A DNA stretch of 64,000 bases from Lama guanicoe. Taxonomy: Eukaryota. Below the pieces are notes generated by a model. It saw only the letters and a list, made by a program, of their open reading frames with translations, did no database searches and was not told where the DNA came from. The stretch lies in NCBI GenBank assembly GCA_013239625.1, contig MU054843.1:5313184-5377183 (forward strand). The letters are read 5' to 3'. The position numbers were made by a program, and so were the translations under genes. Positions 1 through 12,039 of this stretch are shown here, in pieces; position 1 is the stretch's first letter, and every line of letters begins with the position of its first letter.

Positions 1-159
1 AGAGATACACAGGAAGCTTCAACTATATCTGAAATGTTTTTTTTCTAAATGTTTTGCCATATTTTATTAAACCTCTTTTTAAAAAAGCAATCTGTATGGT
101 GGGTACATAAGTGTAATGTACTTCCCTCTACTTTGAAATATTTCATAGTAATAAAGGAG

Positions 160-520
160 AAAGACACATCTCCAGTGACAATGTGTAGATTATTTTGGAG
201 TAAGTCTGGGGATAAGGAGACCAATTAACCTGGTTAAGAAGCAGTGGCAACAAGATAAGTAAGTGTTATGAAGGGCTCACACTATAGCAAAGGAGTGGGG
301 ATGGAGAGGAAGACATTTCAGGGGGAACTGACAGAGCTTGGGACATGTGAGAAATTAGAGAAAAGGAAGAATCAAAGACAATCTAAGAGATTTACAATCT
401 GAAAGGTGAGGTGGCTGATACTGTTGGGAATACAGGAGAAGGATAAGCTCGGGTTGGCAGAATTGGCAGGTTGGGTTTGAGGAGTCCATGTGTCATTCAG
501 GCACAGCATCTGGTAGAAAT
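160..520. mobile_element. L2 LINE remnant
   Basis: Purine-rich degenerate sequence with L2-typical phrases (gaatcaaagacaatctaag, gggaatacaggagaagga); boundaries approximate. Confidence 0.55.
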
Positions 521-544
521 GAAGGCTTAGCCCCAGAAAGGGTG

Positions 545-870
545 TCAGTTGGGTCTCAGCCTCATATCTTATTTGTGCCCAGACACTCATGAACCCACGC
601 ATACACATGACTCTTCCTACTCTTATGGTTTAATGGTCATATCAGCTTCGTCCTCTTTGGCATTACTGGTTTGACTCTCCATTCTGGTGTCACATACTTT
701 GACTGCTCTTTCTCTCTCCATCCCCTGATTCTTGCTATCTCCCACTGCCAAATCCACCAGTAGCCAGAGGGCAAGGGAGCTTGGTTGCTGCAGCCTGTAA
801 GAATCAGCCTCCTAGGGATCAGAGCAAGACAGAAAAGGATGGAGAATCGATCCTTGGTGGATGTGAGAAG
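545..870 (-). mobile_element. Old ERVL LTR fragment (LTR33-like)
   Basis: agccagagggcaagggagc...tcagcctcctagggatcagagca matches the reverse complement of the LTR33/LTR41 5' part as I recall it. Confidence 0.55.
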
Positions 871-2899
871 ATACCAATGGAAAATAGCCAGGATAGCCAT
901 GTTTGGTCCAAGAGTGAGAACATAACCCAATAAGAGGATGCTGTGCAATGACTAGCTCAGCCCAGATTATGGGTCACAGGCCAGGGAAAGAGGGTTTGTT
1001 ACTAGAGGCAGGAAATTAGGAAGCTTGTTGGGCCTTGAAAATCTACTACAAAACCCAACTCAACAGTCCACTACAATCATGCGTGCAGGTGCAGTAGGAA
1101 AACCATGGAAGTGCTTACTCTAGAAGACGATGTAGTGAGGAGAAGAGATGGACCAAGCCAAGGATGGACCCAACTAAAGTTCTAACATTCAGGGAAGAAC
1201 TCCCAGAAGAAGAAATGCCCACAAATTAAGAACAAGCAGCCAGAGTGGTAGGAGGAACACAGAGTGTGGTCTCATTAAAGCTGAGGGAACAGAGACTTTC
1301 AGGGAGAAGATGGTCAAGAGTGTAAAATGCCAAACCAGTAACACCAATGGGAGAGTATAAATGGGAAAGGAGAAGGCAAGGAGGAAAAACTAGTTACAGC
1401 TTTGGGACATGACAAAATGCCCTGAAAGGGCCCACTGAAAGGAAAGGAAGAAAAGAACATTAGGACAATGATGAAATGATAATAACATGGATGGTCGGGA
1501 AAGAACAGAAAAAGTCAACTCAGTACATCCTGACCCTAAAACAGCTTTGAGGGGAATAAGATCTGGATTACATCAGATAATTACAGTCATTTTAAAACAG
1601 AAATGGATTCTTATAGTATCTTCCTTCAGTTGCATCTTTACATGGACCATTTAGATTCCAGAGCCTCCCATAACTTTCTCCATCTTCAAATTATAGCCCA
1701 TAAAGCTATCTTTCCAGCAGAAAGAAAGAGGTGAGGAGAATAGCCATCCAGTGGCAGAGTGAGGCACGGAAGACAAGGGTGGCGACAGAGCACAGCTTGG
1801 GCCACACGAGGCCCAGATCACAGTCCCAGTTCTGCACTGGACTCATTGCTAAACAAGAGGCCACTTGCCCATGTCCATAGGCCTACTTTGGGATTGGAGT
1901 GGGTTCTCCCTAGTGCTGCTTTCAGCTTTGACTGCCTATGGCTCTGATCCTCGAGGGCAAGAAGGAAAACCCCCAAGGGTTCTGTGAAAGCAGCAACCCT
2001 CAGTCAGCAAGGGTGCTCCCTGGCAGACAGGTCAAGCAAAGACCCCTGAAGCATCTCATTCGAGTGCTCACAGGTGTGCTGTCCAACCAGAGTCTCTGGG
2101 AGGTGCTCTTCTCAAAACCCAGAGCAGACTCTAGGGCCCTTCACCAGCTTCTCTTTCCACTGGTCGACCTGGGGCAAAGATGCCAGCTCTGCTGGGCAGG
2201 AGAGAGCCTTAGCAGGCAAGGAGCTGGCTCAGTGCCTAGAGCATGCGCTCATAAAACAGGCAGGGCGTGGGCCTGCACAGGGTGGAAAGTCTGAGGCTGG
2301 GTGGTTGCGCTGGGAGCCAGAGCACTTTGGGAGAAGCTGCCAAAATCATTCAGACAAGCACTTGGGGGAATTTCAATTGTCCCTAAAGTACCTTTTAATT
2401 TAAAAACAATCAGGAGGCAGGTCAGAGGGTTTTCCATCACTTGGCAGTGAATGGCAAAGCCTGGTCTTGGAGAGCTGGCACTGTGTTGTTGCAGTCTCCA
2501 ATTAGGTGTGAGAAATGGTTGCTGCTGCCTGCCAACTGGGGAGGAGCCAGGCAGCTCATCATCCCTTGTCTCATAAACACGAGGGGCTCCAGTACCAAGC
2601 CCAGAAAGACCAATGACACCATTCATCTCGCAAAACTTTCCAAACACTGGAAGAAGCTCACAGTTTCTGCAGCAAATCTTTTCACCCAAGGGCCTGAGAT
2701 GACACCACTCAGAGATTTCTGCAAGTAGAGATGCTGGTGACATAGCCAATATAAGTGGGAGGATGGTACTGAGCAACTTCCATCAGTCTTTCCAGGCAGG
2801 AGGGCACACATGTCTGTGCAAGATGAGGGGTGAAGAGAGCTTTAGATGGAGACTCGGGACAGAACAGTGTGGCCACTTTCTGGAGGAGGCTCCAAGGTA

Positions 2900-3360
2900 T
2901 GGGCTCTGCGTTAGGTTGTCTCGGTTCCCAGCTGGGTGATCACAGGCAACTGCTTAACCTGAATGAAGCCTTGGTGTCTCTGGTTATAAAACGGGGTGAT
3001 GGTAGTGCTGAATTCATAGGGTGGTGGTGAAAATAAATTAGACAACAGACTCAAGCATTGGATACAGTGCATGGAATATAGAAAGGGTTAGAAAAGGTAG
3101 AGTCAAAGAGAATTACACAAATAATAAGCTAACAGACTACATACTCTCCCACTGTTCTCAAAGGCTTGATTTAAGGATTGCCAGTTGGACAGCACTTTGG
3201 GTTGAGCCCAAGAAAGGCTTTTCGAAATGTCAGATGTTATCAGCAGTCCACTTTATAGATGAAGAAATTGAGGCTTCACAGAGTAGTGGTTTGCTTGTGT
3301 TCACACAACCAGCTTGTAAAAAAGTCAGAATTTGAATCTGAAACTTTTCATTCTAAATCC
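2900..3360. mobile_element. Two MIR SINE fragments
   Basis: MIR core phrases in both orientations (cttaacctgaatgaagccttggtgtctc; tttatagatgaagaaattgaggct). Confidence 0.65.
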
Positions 3361-3819
3361 ATTAGGGCATCATAACACACAATAAGCCATTAGAAAAAAA
3401 TACGTCAAACATCTTTAAAGCAAAAGTACAAGGTATAGATGTTAGAAGAATAGAAAGAAAAAAATCTGTAAATGCCTGTGTTCCCTGATTCAGAATTTCC
3501 CTTAATAGTGAGATACTCTGGGTTACATGGCCTGAGCAGCACTGCAGACCTATCTGACCAGGAAGAAATCTTCTTCTGATTCCCCTAGAAGGCCCGCATC
3601 TGGAGCAAAGGGACCATTTGATGAAGGCACCACTGCCTTTGCAATTACTTTCTATACAATGCTTTCTTTATTTTCTCCTTGAGGTGGTAACCCAAGAGTT
3701 ACAAAATATCTTTATTATTATTGTTGTTTTTCTTAAGAAATCACTCCCACAGAAATACAGAAGATTTTTTATGAGGCACAAAGTCCTTGAAGGAAATACT
3801 CAGAAAACCGCAGTACCCT

Positions 3820-3909
3820 AAAAAGACTTTCAAACATTCCAGACTTAACAAAATCTGTGCTAAAGAAAAAGACTTTCAAACATTCCAGACTTAACAAAAT
3901 CTGTGCTAA
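3820..3909. repeat. Perfect tandem duplication, 44 bp unit, period 46
   Basis: aaaaagactttcaaacattccagacttaacaaaatctgtgctaa at 3820-3863 and again at 3866-3909. Confidence 0.95.
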
Positions 3910-5099
3910 GAATTGACTCCTCAAGGAGGAGGCTCTAGGCAGACGACACTGCAGTGATTTCTTTACATCTTATTGATAGAGGCATGACCTGTACTCCTCA
4001 AAGTTCCTCCTTCCTACCCATTAACATTACCTTTCCTCTTAGCTCTGTTAATTACCCTCTTGTATGGTATTCATTAATTTACGTGCTCACCCCATCTGAA
4101 AGGAGGGCCAGTTTTTTTCCAATTTTGTGCCACACAGAGCTCAGTACTAATGGTATTACAAAACTAACTGTATTGGAATAGGAAAAGTATTCTTTTGTAT
4201 TCCAGAATACAAATTAAATGGTATTTAATTTTCTTTTACCTATGTGACCCAGAAGTTACTTAGTGGGTCCCTGTCTTTTGGAGTTGGAAACCAAATTAAT
4301 TTGACCCCACTCTCCCTAATCCTTAGCTGTCAGAAGCCTAGGAATCTCATGAATTCCTGGGAGCCCAGTTTCCCATGAGGTCTTCCTTCTCTGCCTATAA
4401 AACAACCACCCCTTCTCTGAGTTCTACCAAAAAGAAATATGAACAGACAAGTCTTTATGGATGGTTCTGGAGCAGAAATGGAGTCTCACTACACAGCAAG
4501 GCACAGAACTTCATATGAAGGGCAGCCCCCAGCATCTCTTCAATGGCCTATGAGGCTGGGCAACTGGGCTGTTGGACCTGGCCCTCATCTCTCTTCACTG
4601 TGCTCTGTGCTCTTGCCTCTTCCTCCTTGCATTTCTCCCCTTGTCTTCCCCCTTCATCTCCAAAGCAAAAAGCAAATTTCTCTTTGGTCCAATGCAGGCC
4701 AGTTTTACTTTATTCTTTGAAGTTCTATGGCCAAGAAACACCCAGACCCTCAGGCTCCTGAAAACATTTCCAAACAGCAGGTATCAAGATAAAAATTTCT
4801 TTCATCGCATAAGGATCTCAAGCAGTTTATAAATACTGTTTGACTGAAAGTCTTCTCAACCTTATCCTACATAATGAGAAAGTGAATGTTTTGATACTTT
4901 GAGGCAAAGTCAAAATAGAACTAATGTTCAGCTCCTCAGCCAGGTTCTCAAGGTGCATTTCCGGAAAGCCTTGCTGACTTTTGAACATTCAGATCAGAAT
5001 GTGCCCTCAGACACACGCTCCCAGGGCTGGAGAAGTTCCTTTTCACTTCTCATCTTCTCCTTCTCTTATTGTCTTTTCCTCTCATGGAGGACAAACCCA

Positions 5100-5530
5100 A
5101 CCACCAGGTGACCTAGGCCCAGGGGCCAGGGGCGCACCTCACCAGTTCTGCGGCTGGGCTCGCTCTCCGGCTTCAGCCACCCTGCCTCCTGCCGCTGCTG
5201 GCCGAGACCAGACCCGCCGATATGAGCGGGCCGAGCGCAGAGGGCAGCCTCCCGGCCCTGGGGGTGGCAGTGAGGACCAGGCCCCAGAGAGCGGGCAGCA
5301 TGGGGACAGGACGGCCAAGACCCCGCACTACAGGCCCCACCGACCACGGCCTCTCCGCCTGAACTTGAGGGGGCGGTGTCACTATTACTAATCTGCCTTC
5401 CCGGGTGGTTACTTCTTCCTTTGATTGGCAGCTTGGGGCAAGTCTCTCCAGAACTACGGGTTCCAGGGAATCAATATGCAGCGTAACTTGTGGAATCCCG
5501 TGGAATGTTATCGCAGGATGCCCGCAGTTC
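5100..5530 (-). promoter_or_regulatory. CpG-island promoter
   Basis: High GC and CpG density against a CpG-poor background; GC box gggggcgg 5369-5376; CCAAT on the minus strand (attgg 5424-5428); ACTAC...TTCCAGGG ZNF143/THAP11-like motif 5453-5468. Confidence 0.8.
5143..5350 (-). other. Putative first exon of an unidentified minus-strand gene
   Basis: Minus-strand donor AACTG|GTGAGG (GT at 5142-5141), with a second donor GAG|GTGCGC 5 nt further on, at the downstream edge of the CpG island. TSS position inferred from the GC and CCAAT boxes. Confidence 0.55.
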
Positions 5531-5802
5531 CCTGTGGGTTGTCCTCACCACAAGCCTTTAGTCTCCTAGGTCCCTTTTCTCTTTTAACCCCATCCCTCCC
5601 CAGACCAATACATGCATCTGAAGGTAAATAAATCTGTCAAGAGAGCTCATAATCCTCAACATCTTCATTTTATTGAAACCAGTAAAACAACAGTTAAATT
5701 TCCCCAGTGCTCTGCTACTGCCACCCTTAAACGGAAAAACATCCCAGCTCTGCTGGTTTTTAATATGATTTTACTTGTTAAAAATAGATGTTTTAGATGT
5801 TC

Positions 5803-5952
5803 GTATATTCGCTATCTTGTAATAACCTATAATGATAAAGAATATGTATATATGTATAACTGAATCACTATGCTGTACACCAGAAACTAACACAACACTG
5901 TAAATCAACTATACTTCAATAAAAATAAATACACAGATAAATATCCCCAAAA
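5803..5952 (+). mobile_element. Short 5'-truncated young L1 3' end (cetartiodactyl type)
   Basis: tataactgaatcactatgctgtacaccagaaactaacacaac...cttcaataaaa; TSD agatgttc at 5795-5802 and 5953-5960. Confidence 0.85.
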
Positions 5953-6149
5953 AGATGTTCCTAAACCTAGTATGCATTATGAAAATAAAACTCATTTGTA
6001 AAACTAACAAAGGATCTAAGGCTGCGAGGCTGCATCTCCATGGATCTGGAGGGGACAAGCGCAAAAGGCGTCAGTATTAAACTGGCTGCCACGGCTTGAT
6101 GATACTAACCTCCGAATGCTATGGTCCTGATGAAAGCCTTTCCGTTGTA

Positions 6150-6390
6150 AGATGATAAATTCTGAGGATGCGACCTACAGCACGGTGACCAGAGTTGATA
6201 AAACTGTATTGTACAATTAACATTTGCTAAAAGAATAGAACTTAAATATTCTTACCAAAAGAGAAAAAAAAGTTAAACGTGTGAGGTGACCATTGTGTTA
6301 GTTCAAGGAGAGGGAATCCTTCCACAACGTAAATGTGTATCAAATTATCACGTACGCGTAAGTATCCTCAAATATACCTCAATAACGCTG
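6150..6390 (+). mobile_element. Older L1M(A/B) 3' UTR fragment
   Basis: tttgctaaaagaatagaacttaaatattcttacc...gtgtgaggtga...tatacctcaataa is a typical L1MA/MB terminus. Confidence 0.75.
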
Positions 6391-6491
6391 GGGGAAAAGG
6401 GCTATGGATGTGTATTTTCCTCAGATAATAATTTAATCAGATTCTAATTTCAGTGATTTGAAGGATAGAGTGGGTGAAGGAATGAAACTTC

Positions 6492-6994
6492 TGTTACTGA
6501 CCTTTTCCAGTCAGTCTCCCACAAGGGTCCTTCTGCCCAGTGTCCTTCCAGTCCATAGAACAAACCGAGATCGGTTCAGAAGCAAAGGAAGGTTTTATTC
6601 TTTGACGGAAGAATGCAGAGGCGCACGCTCCGGCTCTAGAGTACGCCGTCTCCCGGCAAACCGGCTGTTGGCGGCTGCCCCGCAGGGTTCTCCTCAGCGG
6701 CAAGGGGGCGGCGCTTGCGCGTGTGGTGCGCAGGCGCGGGTTTCTCACAGCACTGCAGACTGAAGCGCCCCAGCGTCCGTGCACTCGGCGCTCCTCGCCA
6801 TCTTGTGCTGAGGGGCCGTTCACAGTACTTCTCCACACGAGCAAGCTGAGGTGTCCGGCAAAGCTGTTCTGCACCAAACTGATAGGTGCAAGGCCTCTGC
6901 ACACGGCCGCCTACAGGCAAGTGAAAATAGACTAAGCACAAAAGAAGAGGTTAGACCTATATTATTAGTCTTTTGTGGGCTTTTTCTGGTGACA
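6492..6994 (-). mobile_element. Solo LTR, probably ERV1 class, CpG-rich
   Basis: Minus strand reads TGTCACC...AATAAA (6599-6594)...GGTCAGTAACA; TG/CA termini; near-matching 4-bp flanks cttc/cttt; poly(A) signal ~100 bp from the 3' end. Confidence 0.7.
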
Positions 6995-8339
6995 CTTTGC
7001 CTCTACCAACCTCCATTGTAAGACCTTAGTCACTTACTGATTTTAATTAAAGCAACCCGATCAAACAGTGGTTTTCTCAGGGATCTTCAGAGCCACCTCT
7101 CTTCACAAGATGACATATAGCTTATCTTAGAAGTAGCCCTGCAGTTCCCACCCAGTTACAGATACTACTGGCATTGGAGTGGCCCATTCTCAGGAAGAGA
7201 AAAAACTTGGATTCTTAAGAAAACTAAAAATCCAAGACTTTGACTCTATTGAGCGTCCTCAGCTATGATTAGGAACAGGTACTAGTTTTCATCTCTAAGA
7301 ATCAGGACTCTGCTATTCCCCTGAAGTTGTTTGTTGAATATGAGAAGAACTGGGGGGTGAATTTGGAAGGATATGTGCTAAAATCTTGATGGTCCTTGCA
7401 GAGTGATTTCCAAGAAATTTTCTGAAAAGTTGTCCAAATTAGCAGAAAGAACAACAGAGATTTCCTATTACTTAAATAAAAGTTCTTGCAATTAGAGCAC
7501 CTCTGAAAAAGAAACTTTTGTCCCCCAATAAGGTCCAGACAATCAAATAAGTGAAGGCTTGAGTCATAAACTGGTCCCCTGTAGCAAACTTGAACACAGA
7601 CCACTGTGTAGGCTGTCTCTGAATGTGTACTCTTGGGATTGTCACCAGCAGAAGAAAAGAGAAGAAATCAGGATTGGGCACCAGGAGAAGTTGAACTTCA
7701 ATGCTGGATATCTCAGTGGAAGACACAGTCAATCCTATAGGGAGTTCTGAAGATGGAATCATATTCAGAGGTCCCCATGTTGGGGAGAGGAGGGAAAATA
7801 CTTTTTACCTCTTGATTAGTCATTGGAGATGGACTACCCAGGAACAGGAAGGAGGTAAGGCTGTGTGTTTGTGTATATTTGTAAGTCTCTCTTTGCCTGA
7901 GGCCATCCCTTTGGGGAGGACAGCCAAAGACAGTTTGTCTGACCTTCCTATAGGAATAAGTCTTTCATTCCTATAAGAGCGTTGCACCATCTACCATATT
8001 GAATGATGTGGAAATGAAGGAGTTGCAGTAGAAGAATTGTGCTTTTCTCACCTTTGAGGGAAATACAAAAGGAAGAATACACTCAAGAGTTGGATAAGCT
8101 TTCCTCTCTCACACTAGGCAAGGTATTTCTTCACAAGGAACACTCTATTGCCTATTCAGCACTGCTAGTGGATATTCTTGGTTTATGTGACCTGTAATCA
8201 AAAAAGTATAGTTTTATCCAAATCTGCATTCTTGAAAAAGGAGGGTGGGTGGGATCGATAACCTATTCCTAAAGGACAGCCTTAGGACCCAAAGTGAGGT
8301 GAGGAGGCACTCATCTTTCAAAGGTAGTGTCCAGCCACT

Positions 8340-9200
8340 TTTACTTTATCCAGGCTCATAAGTGGAGAAATTCATGTAAATTTCTCAATCTGTGCTGGTA
8401 CAGCTCTGCTGGAATATGTTTGGAGGTGTTTGAATGCATTTTGTTTGTTTCTTTGTTTTTACAAAAATTTGGTAGTTGCTTTTGGCCTTTTTATAGCTTT
8501 TTATTCTTTGGAGATCTATGCTTATTTTTTCTAAACATAAGAAACCACAGATATTTTATAGTGTGTATTTTATAATTCTAATTTTAAAGTCTTTGTGATC
8601 TGGTTCCGTTTTCTGTTATTCTGCTTGTTTTTGCTTATGTTGTCTGGTTTATGCATATACAACTGATCATATTTGACCATGTGCTGGTGACTGTAATTAA
8701 AAAATAATTTAGCAGTGATTGATGTCATAGATGATGGGACTTTTCCTCTGGAGAATATTTTTATCTGTTACCGGGGCTTTACCAGTAAGGGCCCTGCTTA
8801 GTCCATGTTCAAGGCCTGTGGTTCTTTGGACCATCTAGGTGAGCCAGACCTGGGTTGCAAATTCACACAAGGGCTGGTTTGCCTTTCATTTGCTTGAAAG
8901 TACAGGCCTTTGGATCCAAGTTTAATATATACTAGCAGAAAGTGGAACTTCCCCACCTTTCGTGTGCCCCAGGCTTTAACGTCTTCCTTTTTTGCTTTGT
9001 GAAGCCACCAAAATAGCATCTCAGCTTTGCATTTGTCTTCAGGTTTGACAATTGGCTTCATGTGCTCAGTTTACCTACCTAGGATTTGCCGTCTAGATTT
9101 TTGCAAATTAAATCCCTTATTTTTTTAGCTTTTTGATTTCATAAGAAAAAAAAGTAAAAAATTAATTTCACCTAGTTTTTTTTTTTTTAAGTTCTTATTG
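8340..9200 (-). mobile_element. Old L1M fragment, antisense
   Basis: T-rich degenerate L1-like sequence without ORFs. Confidence 0.55.
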
Positions 9201-10809
9201 GAAGGGAGGAAACTTTTAGTGCTTTTATCTGTGGCCAAACCCTGTGGCATTGTCTATGAGAATTCAAGGGAGATCAAGAGACATCTTATTCAGTGTCTCA
9301 AACTAACAAGCTTATTTTGTCGGTTGAAGTTGCGTCAAACAGAGTCATATATTAGTGTTTCATGGTTCTAAAAAACTTAAATAAAATCATAAACTCTCAT
9401 TATGCATGGATCTGATTTTCCATCTAGAACATAACTATGTAAATATAAGATTTCATATTAAATTATCATAATTTTTCTAGAACTAACAGGATGTGATACC
9501 CAGACTTTTAAAAAATAAAGCTATAGAAATACCTGCATCATCAATGTCATTTTCATTTTTAAGTTCTTCACAATTTACTTGAAGTGGGATGAGCTTTTGA
9601 GAGGTTATTTGGGGATGAGAAAAGACAGACGAAGTCAAGCATTTTTTTTTCAACACAGGAGAGGCAGTTATTTTCAGTGATATGAAGAAAATTCAGGTCT
9701 CCCCTATAATTAGAGAGCTAGTACATAGTAATTACATGAGAAAAGCCTCTCACAGATAACAATGGAATCTAAACCATCCAGTTTAGGATAATTTTCCTTA
9801 TTTAAAAAGTGCCAAACACAATTAATGTTGAATAATTTTCAAAAGAACTGTGAACTTTCATTTCTCCCATTCAAGATGACTTCAGTCTGGAGACATGAGT
9901 TCCTTATTTCGGGAGCTAGTTCCCCTCAAAAGAACCTTTATGACATAAATGAAATCTGAAACTCTTAAAGTGCTAGATTTATTTCCATGAGGTCGATTTA
10001 AACCAAAAAGATTTCATTCTCTCAAAGAAATTACTCTGTCTCCCTTGCAATGCTGTGGTTTATAGTACAGTTATTATTAGCTTTGACCACAATTATGCCA
10101 CTGTGACAGCCTCCCCACCTGCCCAGACCAAGAGTGATCTCCTTGTCTCTGGAATGCTGGTTGCACTAACCCTTCATACCACTCAGCTGGCACTTAGCAT
10201 TGCTTAATGTTGCTTAGCCTTTTATGTGCATGGCTGTCTCCTCAAGGAGACTGAACCCTTGAAGGACAGGGACCCTGCTACATGATTCCTTGTTATAGGT
10301 CCCTGAAACTCCCAGTCCCAGTGCCTTCTACACAAGATGCTCAGTACATATTTGCTGATGGTAATGATGATTCTTATTTGGCTTGGATGAGAAATGTGTC
10401 ATAGTTATTACATTTCCTAAGCTCCTAGCACATTGTCTGGCCCAAAATAGGTACTCAAGAAAAGTTTACTGAATGAAGGGATAAATCATTAGATGAAAAT
10501 CTGGTTAGAAACAAGCACAGAGAATGGAGAACATCATAATCAGATTATTTTTCAAGCCTCCTTTTTAAAAATGCAAAAGTAATCACACTTTCTTCTTTTA
10601 ATTGACCATGAAAGGATACACAGACTATGATTTAACCACTTTAACCAAGTATCATTAAGCCCCATACCCCCTTTCCTTGCCTCAGGGATAGAGACTATAA
10701 ATGTCAAGTGGCCTGACTGCATTAGCACTGAATTGCTCCTTTATAAGAATATTATTTTCCTAGTTAGACATATTATTCTCTAAGATTCTTTCTAGTTCGG
10801 AGTCATTGC

Positions 10810-11050
10810 ATTTTTATAAGGAATATAGATTTTGGAGTTTGGTGATCTGGGTGTCAGATTCTAGCTTCACTTTTCACAAGTTGCATTGAACTTAAGCAAA
10901 TCATGTAATCTGCTGATATCCCTACCCCTGCCCAATTACTCCTGTGTAGATTGGGACTTATAATTCCTGACCAACATCTCACAGTGTAACCATGAGACTC
11001 ATTGAGGAAATGCATATGAAAATACTTAGTACTATTCAGGTATTAGAGAT
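10810..11050 (+). mobile_element. MIR
   Basis: tagattttggagtt...ctgggt...gaaaatacttagtac MIR profile. Confidence 0.6.
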
Positions 11051-11129
11051 TAATTGATAGTTAAGGAAGATAAATATCTTCCCGAGAGACTCTAGAGATC
11101 ATATGGTTAGGCATTTTCTGAAGGGTGTT

Positions 11130-11640
11130 TCACACAGAACACTATTTTCACAAATGGTACTAAGCCATGACATGACCATGTCATTTCAAACAAGTATGGG
11201 AAATTCTATGATAAACAAAAGTAAGCGATTATTTTATTCCAGGACTTATCAGAGTCATTAACATGGTCATGCACTTTGTGAATTCCTGAGAATTTCCCAA
11301 TCTTAATGGACAGGGTGTCTTACAGGATTAGGATTCCATGGAGTACGACTTGGGAAGCACTGACCTAGTTGATTGCCCAGACCCAGTCTCACAGTACTGT
11401 AAGTCAGTGCTAGTCCAAGTACCCAAATATCAGTCTGAGAAGTGTTTGTTCCCTATCTGTGATGAAAAAAAGAGCTTATGAGAGAATATAAATCAACACA
11501 TGCTTCCTTCATCAGGAAGGTCTTGCTACCAGGAAAAAAAAAATGTCAGTCAGCTAAGCATAGCTGATTTATTTCAGTGCAAGTTCCTTATCAGTTTGCA
11601 TACCAGCAGTGGTTCCACACTCCTTGGAGTAGCATTGCTC
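11130..11640. mobile_element. Two adjacent hAT-Charlie-type DNA transposon relics
   Basis: Ends cttgggaagcactg (~11362) and cagtgctagtccaa...tggagtagcattg resemble Charlie TIRs. Confidence 0.5.
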
Positions 11641-12039
11641 TAAGTAACTGGATAGGGATGTGACTTTAGCGGAAAGGCAGAATCTAAAGAAGAAAAGCCT
11701 TTGTCATACTTTGCACTGGGTAGCAGATGTGAAGTCTGGTAGCAGTCTAATTCATGAAGCCCCAGGCTCTCAGAGGTTAGTAGAAGACCGTGTTACCCCT
11801 TTGATCCTTAAGCAAATTGGCAGATTGGGCAATGTCTACTCCACTTTCTTATCTAAAACTGATGTCACACTAACTGGTTCCAACCCTTAGTAAGCACACT
11901 GGGGAGGTGACCATCTCTGCTAGGATCCTTTCCAGAATGAAGCTGAGCTACCTGAGGTGTTTGAAGAGCAGATGAATTAACTTCCCATTGGCCCTGTTTA
12001 AACACTGAGAAAACCTTCTTTTCTCTGAACAACCTTCCA

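Noticed and set aside
2249-2776. 175-aa minus-strand ORF in the presumed intron
   Set aside because: Non-ATG start, no convincing splice boundaries or domain; overlapping ORFs in several frames indicate GC-driven chance
6126-6168. C/D-box-like cctgatga...ctgagg (similar at 40277-40316)
   Set aside because: Only ~40 nt, too short for a C/D snoRNA
6563-6576. Hairpin aaccga-ga-tcggtt
   Set aside because: Short stem inside the LTR R/U5 region; no independent significance
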